A DNA stretch of 64,000 nucleotides from Methanomassiliicoccales archaeon. GTDB lineage: Archaea > Thermoplasmatota > Thermoplasmata > Methanomassiliicoccales > JAAEEP01. Shown piece by piece: positions 18,441 to 27,141 of the stretch (position 1 is its first letter; the number at the start of each line of letters is the position of its first letter). The notes under the pieces are model-generated. The model saw nothing but the letters and a program-made list of their open reading frames with translations, did not search any database and was not told where the DNA came from. The position numbers were made by a program, and so were the translations under genes. The DNA lies in NCBI GenBank assembly GCA_013415695.1, contig JAAEEP010000001.1, positions 68,621-132,620 on the forward strand, given 5' to 3'.

Positions 18441-18559
18441 ATACTTTTGCCTTTAACTACCGCGTGGTATTTGCGACACCGATTCGGAGAGTGATGTATT
18501 GGGAATAGCCAGCATCCATTTTCAATCGGATTTCACCATCTATTTATACTAGTTCCTTC

Positions 18560-19150
18560 TCACTCGCTCGTGTCTTTCTGTTTGTAAAACTCGGTAAAGT
18601 CAACGTCGCTGTAGTCATCGGCATATTTGCGGTATTCCGTCCTCTCACAAGCATCACAATACAGAGAGTTACCCTTTCTCTTCAGGGGCGCACGACACCT
18701 TCTACACAGAGCCTTTATGACGCCTAGATGGGGGCTTACCGTTGTTAGCTGGATGGAAGGCTTGACCTGAATCACCCTCGCCCTCACGATATCACTGGGT
18801 CTAAACTCCTTCCCGACCTCTGAGGTATAACCAGATGATACCTTGGAAATATGGATGGTTCCGTTTGTGTCTCCAGTAATATTACGGTCTTCTCCCTCTA
18901 CCGAAATGACTTCACAAATGGCCATGCTGATCTTGACATCAGTAATCTCTCCAAACACGGTATCCCCAGGCTTCAGTTTTACTGGGGGGTGCTCTGCCTT
19001 AACCATGGCAGTCTTTTCCTCGTGATCGAGCTCCAAATCCCCGAACACCGCGGCATACACCTTGCCGTTCTCCTCGTAAGTACCATTGGCCGCTATGAAC
19101 TCCTCAACCACGGCCACCTCCTCTCCGGGGAGCACCTTCTTCTTCTTCAT
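18560..19150 (-). CDS. csl4: exosome complex RNA-binding subunit Csl4
   Basis: 196 aa. N-terminal domain VLPGEEVAVVEEF, an S1 domain, and a C-terminal zinc ribbon CRRCRAPL...CDACE. Confidence 0.85.
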   Translation of the reverse strand: MKKKKVLPGEEVAVVEEFIAANGTYEENGKVYAAVFGDLELDHEEKTAMVKAEHPPVKLKPGDTVFGEITDVKISMAICEVISVEGEDRNITGDTNGTIHISKVSSGYTSEVGKEFRPSDIVRARVIQVKPSIQLTTVSPHLGVIKALCRRCRAPLKRKGNSLYCDACERTEYRKYADDYSDVDFTEFYKQKDTSE

Positions 19151-19156
19151 AATCTC

Positions 19157-19753
19157 TCACCTTCGAATGAGCAGTAGCACGATGTCAACGCTCTTCTTTT
19201 CCTTCTTGTGGAACCCGAACATATGCGGTATATTAAACTTATAGCTTTTCCGGTACTCGATATGGGCTCCCAGGTCCGATATCTCTCTTTGAAGAAAGGG
19301 TTCCGTCTGCTCCATATGGAGTGAGTAGACAGTCTCGGCACATTCGATGGCCTTCTTAATGAAAGGCCTATCGGCACCTTTCCTCTGTGACCCAAAGGGC
19401 GGATTCTGAATAACAGTATCGCCCCTACCCTGGAATGAAGCGATATCGGACTCCACTAAATCGATCTCAGCACCTAGATTCTTGGCATTCGAGCTAGCGA
19501 CATCCAGTGCTTTGGGGTCGACGTCCACACCTATTACCTTTTTAGCGCCAAGAAGACTGGAGCCTATCGAGAAGATGCCACTTCCACAACCTAGATCAAT
19601 GACAACCTTTCCCTGGATGTCTCCCAGAGAATACATAGTGAATAGAATATCTGCTGCCAAGGGTGCGGGTGTAGAGTACTGCTCCAGGTTTGCGCTCGGT
19701 TCTGGGAGCGGGGCAATCTTCTGGAGTATCATCTCGAGCTCTCTCTTCTTCAA
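19157..19753 (-). CDS. METTL5-like SAM-dependent methyltransferase (NPPF motif)
   Basis: 198 aa with SAM motif VIDLGCGSGIF and catalytic IQNPPFG. Lies 6 nt upstream of csl4 on the same strand. Confidence 0.8.
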   Translation of the reverse strand: MKKRELEMILQKIAPLPEPSANLEQYSTPAPLAADILFTMYSLGDIQGKVVIDLGCGSGIFSIGSSLLGAKKVIGVDVDPKALDVASSNAKNLGAEIDLVESDIASFQGRGDTVIQNPPFGSQRKGADRPFIKKAIECAETVYSLHMEQTEPFLQREISDLGAHIEYRKSYKFNIPHMFGFHKKEKKSVDIVLLLIRR

Positions 19754-19796
19754 TCAACTCACCCGTATATGACTCAGATCTGGATTATCCATCCTT

Positions 19797-20438
19797 TCAA
19801 TAACGGAGCCCAAGGTCAAGGAAATCAGCACTCGTTAGGATTCCCACTATTACGCCCTTCCTTGAAACCAAAACTGCTTCCTCACGTTGAAGATGCAGAG
19901 AGGCCAGTTCAATAGAGGTGTCGTCGTTCAAAATGGAGAATGGCGGTTCCATGATTTCGCTGATGGGAGTCTCCATGACCTCATCGTAGGTCTTGCTACC
20001 GCTCCGGGTCTCATCTATGGTGTAGCCTCGTATCCTGTCGTCTGTGATGGCTCCTACTACCCTTTCACCATCCATTACGGGAAGCTGGGTGAACCGCCCC
20101 TTCACCATTCTGTCCACCACCTCTCCAATGGTTTGGTTTGGGGATACGCTAATCACTCCCTTGGTGGCCAGATCATAGACCGTGAGTTGTTCTCCAAGCC
20201 CTTTCCCCTCTACCTTCTGACGCCGTATCTCTTCCTCAAAGGCATCGAAGATCTGTTTGACCTTGATAAATGAAGGATCGATACTCCCGCTCTCAATTTT
20301 CGCGATTAATGACTGAGAGACACCAGCCTTAGATGCTAGCTCTCTTTGTGAAAGATTCAATTTCTTCCTAATCTCCCGGATTTTACTCAGCTCTGGAAGC
20401 TGGGGGAGGAACGATATCTTGGAAAATGCCGTAGACAA
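19797..20438 (-). CDS. HTH (XRE-type) + CBS-pair transcriptional regulator
   Basis: 213 aa with a TTG start. LSQRELASKAGVSQSLIAKIESG HTH followed by two CBS repeats. Confidence 0.8.
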   Translation of the reverse strand: MSTAFSKISFLPQLPELSKIREIRKKLNLSQRELASKAGVSQSLIAKIESGSIDPSFIKVKQIFDAFEEEIRRQKVEGKGLGEQLTVYDLATKGVISVSPNQTIGEVVDRMVKGRFTQLPVMDGERVVGAITDDRIRGYTIDETRSGSKTYDEVMETPISEIMEPPFSILNDDTSIELASLHLQREEAVLVSRKGVIVGILTSADFLDLGLRY

Positions 20439-21032
20439 ACACCCCCGAATTATCTTGCTCTAACCTCCATGAAGTTTATCAGATATGAATCTTATTGGAA
20501 TCAAAAGAAATCGTTCGAAAATTACATACATCTTGTTTTCAAGGTCGGCTGTTGTACAAGGAAGAAATATTGGGTCGTGAAACGGTAATAGCATCTGGTT
20601 ACGAAATTCAAATCAAATGAGTCTAATAAGAATCTGTTGCTCAATAATATATTAATAGGCAATCAATCGTGGAGTTCTATGAGGGTGTGAATTAACTTGA
20701 AGTTCAATGAGTTTGAAACTAGTGTTCCCGATTGTACTTCTTACAATGAAGACCACCAGGCCAGCACAAGATCCATTCATTCGATTCAAGTGCGTTTTCG
20801 ATTCAATAATTCACTAACAACACCCCATTTGACAGGCAGGGAGAAACCATTCTCCCATTTACACCTAGTGATTACTTAAAAGAATCATTCAAGGAATGAT
20901 TTGACCGCTGATGGAGGCGGGAACTTGTTGAAGAGCAGAGTAAATCGTATCGAGAAGTGTGGAGTTGACCTTGCTAAGATTTATCACAGTCCCAGGAATC
21001 AAGACAATTATTTGGCTTCGCGCCCCCCGGGG

Positions 21033-22169
21033 ATGGAGAGACAACCTGGAGGATGTGGGATTGCGGGGTGCATCGATGTCAGGGGAGGTAAGATCTCCGG
21101 CGACACGATAGCCAAGATGATTACGACAATGGGTGAGAGGGAGAACGGTCTTGGCGCAGGATATGTTGGGTATGGCATCTTTCCCGATAGAAGAGACGAG
21201 TACTGCCTTCAATTTCTCTTCGATAATGAAGATGCAAAGACCAGAACTGAAGAGTTCCTCAAGGACAATGTTTACATCACTGGTGACGAAAGGGTCTACA
21301 CAAGGAAGGTCTCTACATTGGACCCGCCATATCCTCTTGTCTGGCGCTTTTTCGCCATTGCCAAGGAGAAACTGGACTGGCCCAGAGGACCCATCTTTGA
21401 CCCTGATGACCGAATCGTTGAGTTGGCTATGCAGATCAACACCGAGGTGGATGGTGCATTCTGCGTCTCAAGCGGAAAGGATATGGCTGTGTTCAAGGGG
21501 TGTGGCTACTCCCATGAAATTGCCGAGTTCTTTGACATATCAAGATATGAGGGGTCCATGTGGCTCTCTCATTCGCGTTTCCCCACGAACTCCCCCGGGT
21601 GGTGGGCTGGAGCCCACCCCATCAGTATACTAGACTGGTCCGTATGTCACAACGGAGAGATCACCTCCTACGGTGTGAATAAGAAGCTCGTCGAGATGGA
21701 GGGATACAAGTGTAGCCTGCTCACTGACACAGAAGTGATAATCTATATCTGGGACATGCTCGTGAGAAGGCACGGCCTGCCAATTCCCACCGCTGCCTTT
21801 GCCATGGCGCCCTGGTACTATCCTCTAATAGAAGGCATGGATGAGAAGAGCAAGAAGTTGGCTACCTGGCTTAGGATTGTTTACAAGGAGGCTTTCCTAA
21901 ATGGGCCTTTCAGCATTCTTGTAGGTAGAAGGGAACCAGAAACGACCATGATCGCAATGGCAGACAGGAAGAAACTCCGACCCCTTATAGCGGGAACATC
22001 GGAGAAAAAAGACGTCATCTTCGCCGCAAGCGAGGAGTGTGCGATTCGCGCAGTTGACACTAAGGCGTGGACCTGGACTGCTGATGCAGGGAGCCCTGTC
22101 ATAGCCCAAAGGGGAAAGGGGCTCATTAGGTCAGGTCTTGAACACCCGTTCAAGGGGGTGATGGAGTGA
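21033..22169 (+). CDS. archaeal glutamate synthase, class-II glutamine amidotransferase subunit
   Basis: ATG at 21033 gives MERQPGG-CGIAGC, a short propeptide before the Ntn Cys. The track ORF starts at TTG 20901. Its stop overlaps the next gene (GTGA). Confidence 0.85.
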   Translation: MERQPGGCGIAGCIDVRGGKISGDTIAKMITTMGERENGLGAGYVGYGIFPDRRDEYCLQFLFDNEDAKTRTEEFLKDNVYITGDERVYTRKVSTLDPPYPLVWRFFAIAKEKLDWPRGPIFDPDDRIVELAMQINTEVDGAFCVSSGKDMAVFKGCGYSHEIAEFFDISRYEGSMWLSHSRFPTNSPGWWAGAHPISILDWSVCHNGEITSYGVNKKLVEMEGYKCSLLTDTEVIIYIWDMLVRRHGLPIPTAAFAMAPWYYPLIEGMDEKSKKLATWLRIVYKEAFLNGPFSILVGRREPETTMIAMADRKKLRPLIAGTSEKKDVIFAASEECAIRAVDTKAWTWTADAGSPVIAQRGKGLIRSGLEHPFKGVME

Positions 22170-23704
22170 CCTCAGGAGGATCCACCAAGCAAAGGGATAG
22201 GCACCTCTGGGAGAGATTCCGTCCCATTATCGACGAGGAACTTTGCATTAATTGTGGAAAATGCGCAAAGGAGTGCAGTTTCGGTGCTTTAGATTTCAAG
22301 GAGAAGAAGGTCAGATACCAGGGAGGATGTGTAGCCTGCGGAAGGTGTATGTCATTCTGCCCAACCAGCGCTATAATGGTGAACGATGTACCAAACATAT
22401 TCCCACATCATCCCTGGTTCACAGAGCGTGACAGGAGAGCGATCGCAGCCCAGGCCCGGAGTGGTGGCGTACTTCTTTCTTCCTGCGGAACCGACCTTCC
22501 TTACAGATCGATTTATGATGACCTCCTACTGGACGCGGCCCAGGTGACCAATCCATCGATCGACCCATTGAGGGAGCCAATCGAGACCAGGACATACCTG
22601 GGAAGACGGTCGGGGAAGCTCTGCATCGAGAAGCGCGGGAAGAAGTATGAACTTGTCTCGGGGGATGGAGCGATAGTCTCTATGGACATGCCAATAATGA
22701 TAGGTCACATATCTCTTGGGTCAGTGAGCTACAATACCCAAAAGGCTCTTTTCACCGCTGCAGAGCATTTGAACATCGTGGCAGGTTCTGGAGAAGGAGG
22801 GCTTCATCCAGACTTCTTTAATTTCGCACACAGAATCAACAGTGAAGTAGCAAGTGGTCGATTTGGAGTCACCCCCGAGTACTTGAAACGTGTGGCCGCC
22901 GTAGAGATAAAGATCGGGCAAGGTGCCAAGCCAGGTCACGGAGGACATTTACCCGGCGAGAAGGTCACAGAGATGATCTCCCAGACACGGATGATCCCCG
23001 AGGGTACGGATGCTCTATCGCCCTATCCACATCACGACATCTACAGCATAGAGGATCTCCAGCAGCTTATTTCAGTACTGAAGGAGGCCACTGATTATCA
23101 GATGCCTGTGGGTGTCAAGGTAGCGGCTGTACACAATATCGGGGCAATCGCATCAGGTATAGTCAGGGCTGGGGCGGACTTCATGACCATCGATGGTTTT
23201 CGGGGTGGAACTGGTTCCGCTCCAAGGGTTATTAGGGACCATGCTGGCATTCCTATCGAGGTGGCGATTGCCACTGTTGACCAGAAGCTTACAGAAGAAG
23301 GACTTAGGAACAAGGTTACTCTCTGTGCAAGCGGTTCAGTAAGATCCTCAGCGGACATGATCAAGATAATAGCACTGGGAGCAGACGTGGCCAGTGTTTG
23401 CACGGCGGCCATGGTTGCCATGGGATGCAGGGTTTGCCAACACTGCCATATGGGCATCTGTGCATGGGGAATTGCGACTCAGAAGGTCGAGCTAGCTTCT
23501 AGGTTGGATCCCAAGATCGCCGCAATGAGCGTGGTGAACCTGTTCAGGGCCTGGAACGAGGAACTGAGGGAGGTCTTGGGAGCGATGGGTATCGATTCTG
23601 TTGAGAGCCTTGTAGGAAACCGAGATCGCCTCAGATATGTCGGTCCCAATCCCAAAATGGCGGAAGTGATGGATGTTAAGCATGTGGGTGAGGGCTGGGG
23701 GTGA
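22166..23704 (+). CDS. archaeal glutamate synthase, FMN/Fe-S subunit with N-terminal 2x[4Fe-4S] ferredoxin domain
   Basis: 512 aa. CINCGKCAKEC and CVACGRCMSFCP, then the GltB FMN domain (KIGQGAKPGHGGHLPG, DGFRGGTGSAP). Confidence 0.9.
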   Translation: MTSGGSTKQRDRHLWERFRPIIDEELCINCGKCAKECSFGALDFKEKKVRYQGGCVACGRCMSFCPTSAIMVNDVPNIFPHHPWFTERDRRAIAAQARSGGVLLSSCGTDLPYRSIYDDLLLDAAQVTNPSIDPLREPIETRTYLGRRSGKLCIEKRGKKYELVSGDGAIVSMDMPIMIGHISLGSVSYNTQKALFTAAEHLNIVAGSGEGGLHPDFFNFAHRINSEVASGRFGVTPEYLKRVAAVEIKIGQGAKPGHGGHLPGEKVTEMISQTRMIPEGTDALSPYPHHDIYSIEDLQQLISVLKEATDYQMPVGVKVAAVHNIGAIASGIVRAGADFMTIDGFRGGTGSAPRVIRDHAGIPIEVAIATVDQKLTEEGLRNKVTLCASGSVRSSADMIKIIALGADVASVCTAAMVAMGCRVCQHCHMGICAWGIATQKVELASRLDPKIAAMSVVNLFRAWNEELREVLGAMGIDSVESLVGNRDRLRYVGPNPKMAEVMDVKHVGEGWG

Positions 23705-24530
23705 TCTCGTGAACCACAATCTTGCCAAGAATAGACACAACGGTCCCAAGGTAGTGACAAAGGAGGAGGTGACCATAAGAGCTGATGGTAGGGATGGCCT
23801 CGGTCATCCCCTAGATTATCACGTCCTCAACCAGATGATCAAGGATGAGATGGCAGCTGGGAGGAAGCTCATCCGTGTGGAGGGTGTCCTTGGACAACGT
23901 TACATCGGTGCAACGGCATCCAGAAATGACCTCAGAATCGAGGTATATGGGACACCTGGTAACAACCTGGGAGCTCTTCTGAACGGCACCAATATCGAGG
24001 TCTTTGGTAATGGCCAGGACCTTACAGGTAACACCATGAATTCTGGGAGAATCATCGTCCATGGTAGTGTAAGCGATGTTACCGGGCTCGCTGCTAGGGG
24101 TGGTGAGATCCTCATCAAAGACAGCGCAGGATACCGTACTGGAATCCATATGAAGGAATTCAAGGGTTCTGGTCCCTCAATTATCATTGGCGGTAGAGTT
24201 GGGGATTACCTAGGGGAATACATGGCCGGAGGTACCGTGCTGGTACTCGGTTTAGAGATAACTGACAGGCCCATAATAGGTCAGCACATCGGCGCAGGAA
24301 TGCACGGCGGGAGGATGTACATAATGGGCGATGTGAGAATCCAGCAGCTTGCACCAGGGGCCTCGCTTAAGGATATCAACCTTAGCGATAGGAAGGAGAT
24401 CGAAAGGCTGCTGGTCAACTATGAAGACACATTCGGTGTGACGGTGAATGTTGATTGGCGCAAATTCAGAAAAATAGTCCCCACTAGCAGCAGACCTTTT
24501 GGAGGCTATTACGACAAGACCATGATCTAA
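23673..24530 (+). CDS. archaeal glutamate synthase, GXGXG-repeat (GltB C-terminal) subunit
   Basis: 285 aa (alternative GTG start at 23709, right after the upstream stop). Repeated beta-helix GxGxG units (VYGTPGNNLG, VFGNGQDLTG, VHGSVSDVTG). Confidence 0.85.
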   Translation: MLSMWVRAGGDLVNHNLAKNRHNGPKVVTKEEVTIRADGRDGLGHPLDYHVLNQMIKDEMAAGRKLIRVEGVLGQRYIGATASRNDLRIEVYGTPGNNLGALLNGTNIEVFGNGQDLTGNTMNSGRIIVHGSVSDVTGLAARGGEILIKDSAGYRTGIHMKEFKGSGPSIIIGGRVGDYLGEYMAGGTVLVLGLEITDRPIIGQHIGAGMHGGRMYIMGDVRIQQLAPGASLKDINLSDRKEIERLLVNYEDTFGVTVNVDWRKFRKIVPTSSRPFGGYYDKTMI

Positions 24531-24973
24531 TCAGCAAACCCTACATCAGGAAAACGCATCACCGATTCCAGAACGACCTTGAGGTCAATGTCTCTCAGGC
24601 CAATCGGTACGATCTTCTTGGTAATGGTCTCGTCAAGTGTTCGGTTGTCAGGAGCTTGAATCCTGATCATGACATTCTTGTCCCCGGTGATAAAAAGGAC
24701 TTCGAGGATGCCATTCACCTTCTTCAATTCTATAAGATCCCTGAAACGGACGTGGCCTTCCATATTTGCCAGTAAGATGGCTTCGGTGTGAATTCCCATC
24801 TGCTCGGCGTTGATGAGGGCCACGTAGCCCAGTATTACCCCATCGTTTTCCATGCGTCCGATCCTATCCCTCACGGTAGATGGGGAGCGTTTCAGCTTCT
24901 GAGCTACCTCACGATAGCTCATCTTGCCATCGGTCCTCAGTAACCGAAGTATCTTCCTGTTCATCTCGTCCAT
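24527..24973 (-). CDS. Lrp/AsnC family transcriptional regulator
   Basis: Start at Met14 of the track ORF (MDEMNRKILRLLRTDGKMSYREVAQKL HTH), plus a RAM/ACT-like C-terminal domain. Convergent with the GOGAT operon. Confidence 0.85.
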   Translation of the reverse strand: MDEMNRKILRLLRTDGKMSYREVAQKLKRSPSTVRDRIGRMENDGVILGYVALINAEQMGIHTEAILLANMEGHVRFRDLIELKKVNGILEVLFITGDKNVMIRIQAPDNRTLDETITKKIVPIGLRDIDLKVVLESVMRFPDVGFAD

Positions 24974-25116
24974 TGAACCCTTTACCTCTCCCTTAGACAA
25001 GGATATAATCAAGTTTAATAGAATATAACTATTTCCTAGAATTACGCCGTTTCAGCGGTCTTGCTGAGCAATTTCGGGGAAACTGCATATTTATTAATAT
25101 ACTTCATTGCCTGCTA

Positions 25117-26238
25117 TCAGATGTTCTTGAAGAAGTATGAAGGTGCTTCTGGTTTTGGTTTGAAGCACCTCTCATTGATATCGGATATCTTGAGATCAAA
25201 GTCAGTACCAAGCGTTTCCACCGCATCTCTGAAAACCTGGCTCAATTTCTCAGGAGGAGAGATCACCCGTGCGTTTAACACAAGCTCAGCCTCCCCATTG
25301 AGATACCTAGACCCCTTAAGACCATCTACCTGCATCGAATCTCCCACAAGGCTGACCTTCACAGCAACCTGTGGCGAGTGGATCACCACCTTGACATGGG
25401 CGATATCTAGAGGATCAAAAGCTGAGGTTGTATGCTTCATAATGGAGGTGACGATGTCATAGATGTCCGCCTTTCCTTTTGGTTCAACCCTGGAAACGCT
25501 GCTGTACCATCCAAGGCTCGCCTTTTCCCCAGCAAATTGACTGTTCTCCACACCTGTAGGGAGTTTGGTGCTCTTTCTCTCGGACAGGATAAGATCGGCA
25601 ATTCGCTCTAAATTCTCACCTGTGATGGATGAATAGGGGATCAAATCCACACCGTCAAGATGCTGATCAAGTGATTCGAGCACGGATTCCTCTGAACCAT
25701 CCGGGACCTTATCCATCTTAGAAATGATCACGACCTCTGCTTCCTTGACCTGATGCGAGGGGATTAGAGTTACTTTCTCCCCAGGTCGCCCTCCGTTCAG
25801 GAGGCCGAGTGCCTGGTTCCCATCTACCACGACCATCAGGGGTGCCACCTCGAACTCATCTGGGTAGAGTGTTCGCAGAGGAGCGACCACTGTGGCAAGG
25901 ATATTGGTCGATGTCCCGATGGGCTCAGCGATTATCACATCAGGACGGCTCATCTGTACGAGTTTTCTTGCGTTCTTCACGAACTCGTCGAAGTTGGCGC
26001 AGAAACAACCACCCAGTACTTCCTTGACATCGAAACCTGCGTCCTTGGTGAACTCTGTGTCCACCAGTACATCTCCTTGATCATTGGTGATTATGGCCAC
26101 TGATCTGTCGTACTTCTCCCTCAGGTATCTTCCCAGGTTGACGGCCAAGGTAGTCTTTCCTGCTCCCAGGAATCCTCCCAAGATTATGAAACGGGTGGGT
26201 GAAGTTGGATGAGATGCTCCTGTGTCTCGGACGCTCAT
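25117..26238 (-). CDS. G3E-family P-loop GTPase (CobW/COG0523-like)
   Basis: 373 aa. Walker A GGFLGAGKTTLA, a GGCFC motif resembling CobW CxCC, and an extended C-terminal domain. Confidence 0.8.
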   Translation of the reverse strand: MSVRDTGASHPTSPTRFIILGGFLGAGKTTLAVNLGRYLREKYDRSVAIITNDQGDVLVDTEFTKDAGFDVKEVLGGCFCANFDEFVKNARKLVQMSRPDVIIAEPIGTSTNILATVVAPLRTLYPDEFEVAPLMVVVDGNQALGLLNGGRPGEKVTLIPSHQVKEAEVVIISKMDKVPDGSEESVLESLDQHLDGVDLIPYSSITGENLERIADLILSERKSTKLPTGVENSQFAGEKASLGWYSSVSRVEPKGKADIYDIVTSIMKHTTSAFDPLDIAHVKVVIHSPQVAVKVSLVGDSMQVDGLKGSRYLNGEAELVLNARVISPPEKLSQVFRDAVETLGTDFDLKISDINERCFKPKPEAPSYFFKNI

Positions 26239-26301
26239 GAGCAGTGGAAGAAGAGAAGGATGATATATGATTTACCCTCGAACAATCACGCTAATTGAAG
26301 G

Positions 26302-26970
26302 CTACTCGATGCCCTCTATCTGAATCGTCCTTCGCAGGAAAGCGCAGCTGGCGCACGGGATGCTCAGCTGGAATCGTTGGTCAGATGCTATGCCTCTCAA
26401 CGCGGCAAGCATCGCCAGGTCCAATGGCCTGAATGGGGGTTTTCTACCGTTCGTTTCCAGAAGGGCACTGTCGCTCTCCTCGATCTCAAAATCGAACTGT
26501 GGGTTTTCTACTAGAAATCTCAAACAGTTGTCCGCCTCATCTCTTGAACAAGTGTCGCACCTGACACCCACTTCACTCAAGGAACCGAAGAGATTGGCTA
26601 TTGGGTCAACCATATGGATGCTTCTCTCCCGACCAAGAGTGATGTAGACGGCATGCCTATTAGCAGGCTTGATTAGCTCTTTTCTGGTGCCCCTCACCTT
26701 CTGTTCCTCGGCCACACACCAGAAGTCGGTGAGGTGGTTGTTGAGCTGGTAGACCAGCTGATGGTATCCAAGCCCGATATTGTCTGCAAGCTGCTGCTTG
26801 GAGATGGGGCCATAGAGTGTTAGACTGTAGAGTGTCTTGAGTATTTGCTTGCGCAGATCGTGATTTACCAGGGAGGTGTAGGTTTCTGGATCGATGTATG
26901 AGATCTCAATTCGACAGTCCAGCTTCACAGAGTCAATCATCACTTCTCCAATATTTAACCCTATAGTCAA
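26302..26970 (-). CDS. winged-HTH protein with C-terminal Cys motifs
   Basis: 222 aa. wHTH-like LRKQILKTLYSLTLYGPISKQQLADNIGLGYHQLVYQL, then CDTC...C and CASC. Same strand as the G3E GTPase, 63 nt upstream of it. Confidence 0.6.
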   Translation of the reverse strand: MTIGLNIGEVMIDSVKLDCRIEISYIDPETYTSLVNHDLRKQILKTLYSLTLYGPISKQQLADNIGLGYHQLVYQLNNHLTDFWCVAEEQKVRGTRKELIKPANRHAVYITLGRERSIHMVDPIANLFGSLSEVGVRCDTCSRDEADNCLRFLVENPQFDFEIEESDSALLETNGRKPPFRPLDLAMLAALRGIASDQRFQLSIPCASCAFLRRTIQIEGIE

Positions 26971-27141
26971 ATATATGAGGCATTGAATCCAGATTTCCGA
27001 AGACGCTCTCTGAATTCATTGTTTTCTATTGCTATTGGGATTCAAACCCCACATCCTATTGAGTTCGATCCAGTAAATGCTCCCTTCAAAGATCCTGGAA
27101 ATCGGAGGTTATTTCCTTGAGGAAAATTCACTGAGCCTGTT

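Noticed and set aside
20901-21032. TTG-initiated 44-codon extension of the GOGAT amidotransferase subunit
   Set aside because: Class-II amidotransferases need an N-terminal Cys after a short propeptide, and ATG 21033 gives MERQPGG-C. The extension also overlaps the inverted repeat in the control region.
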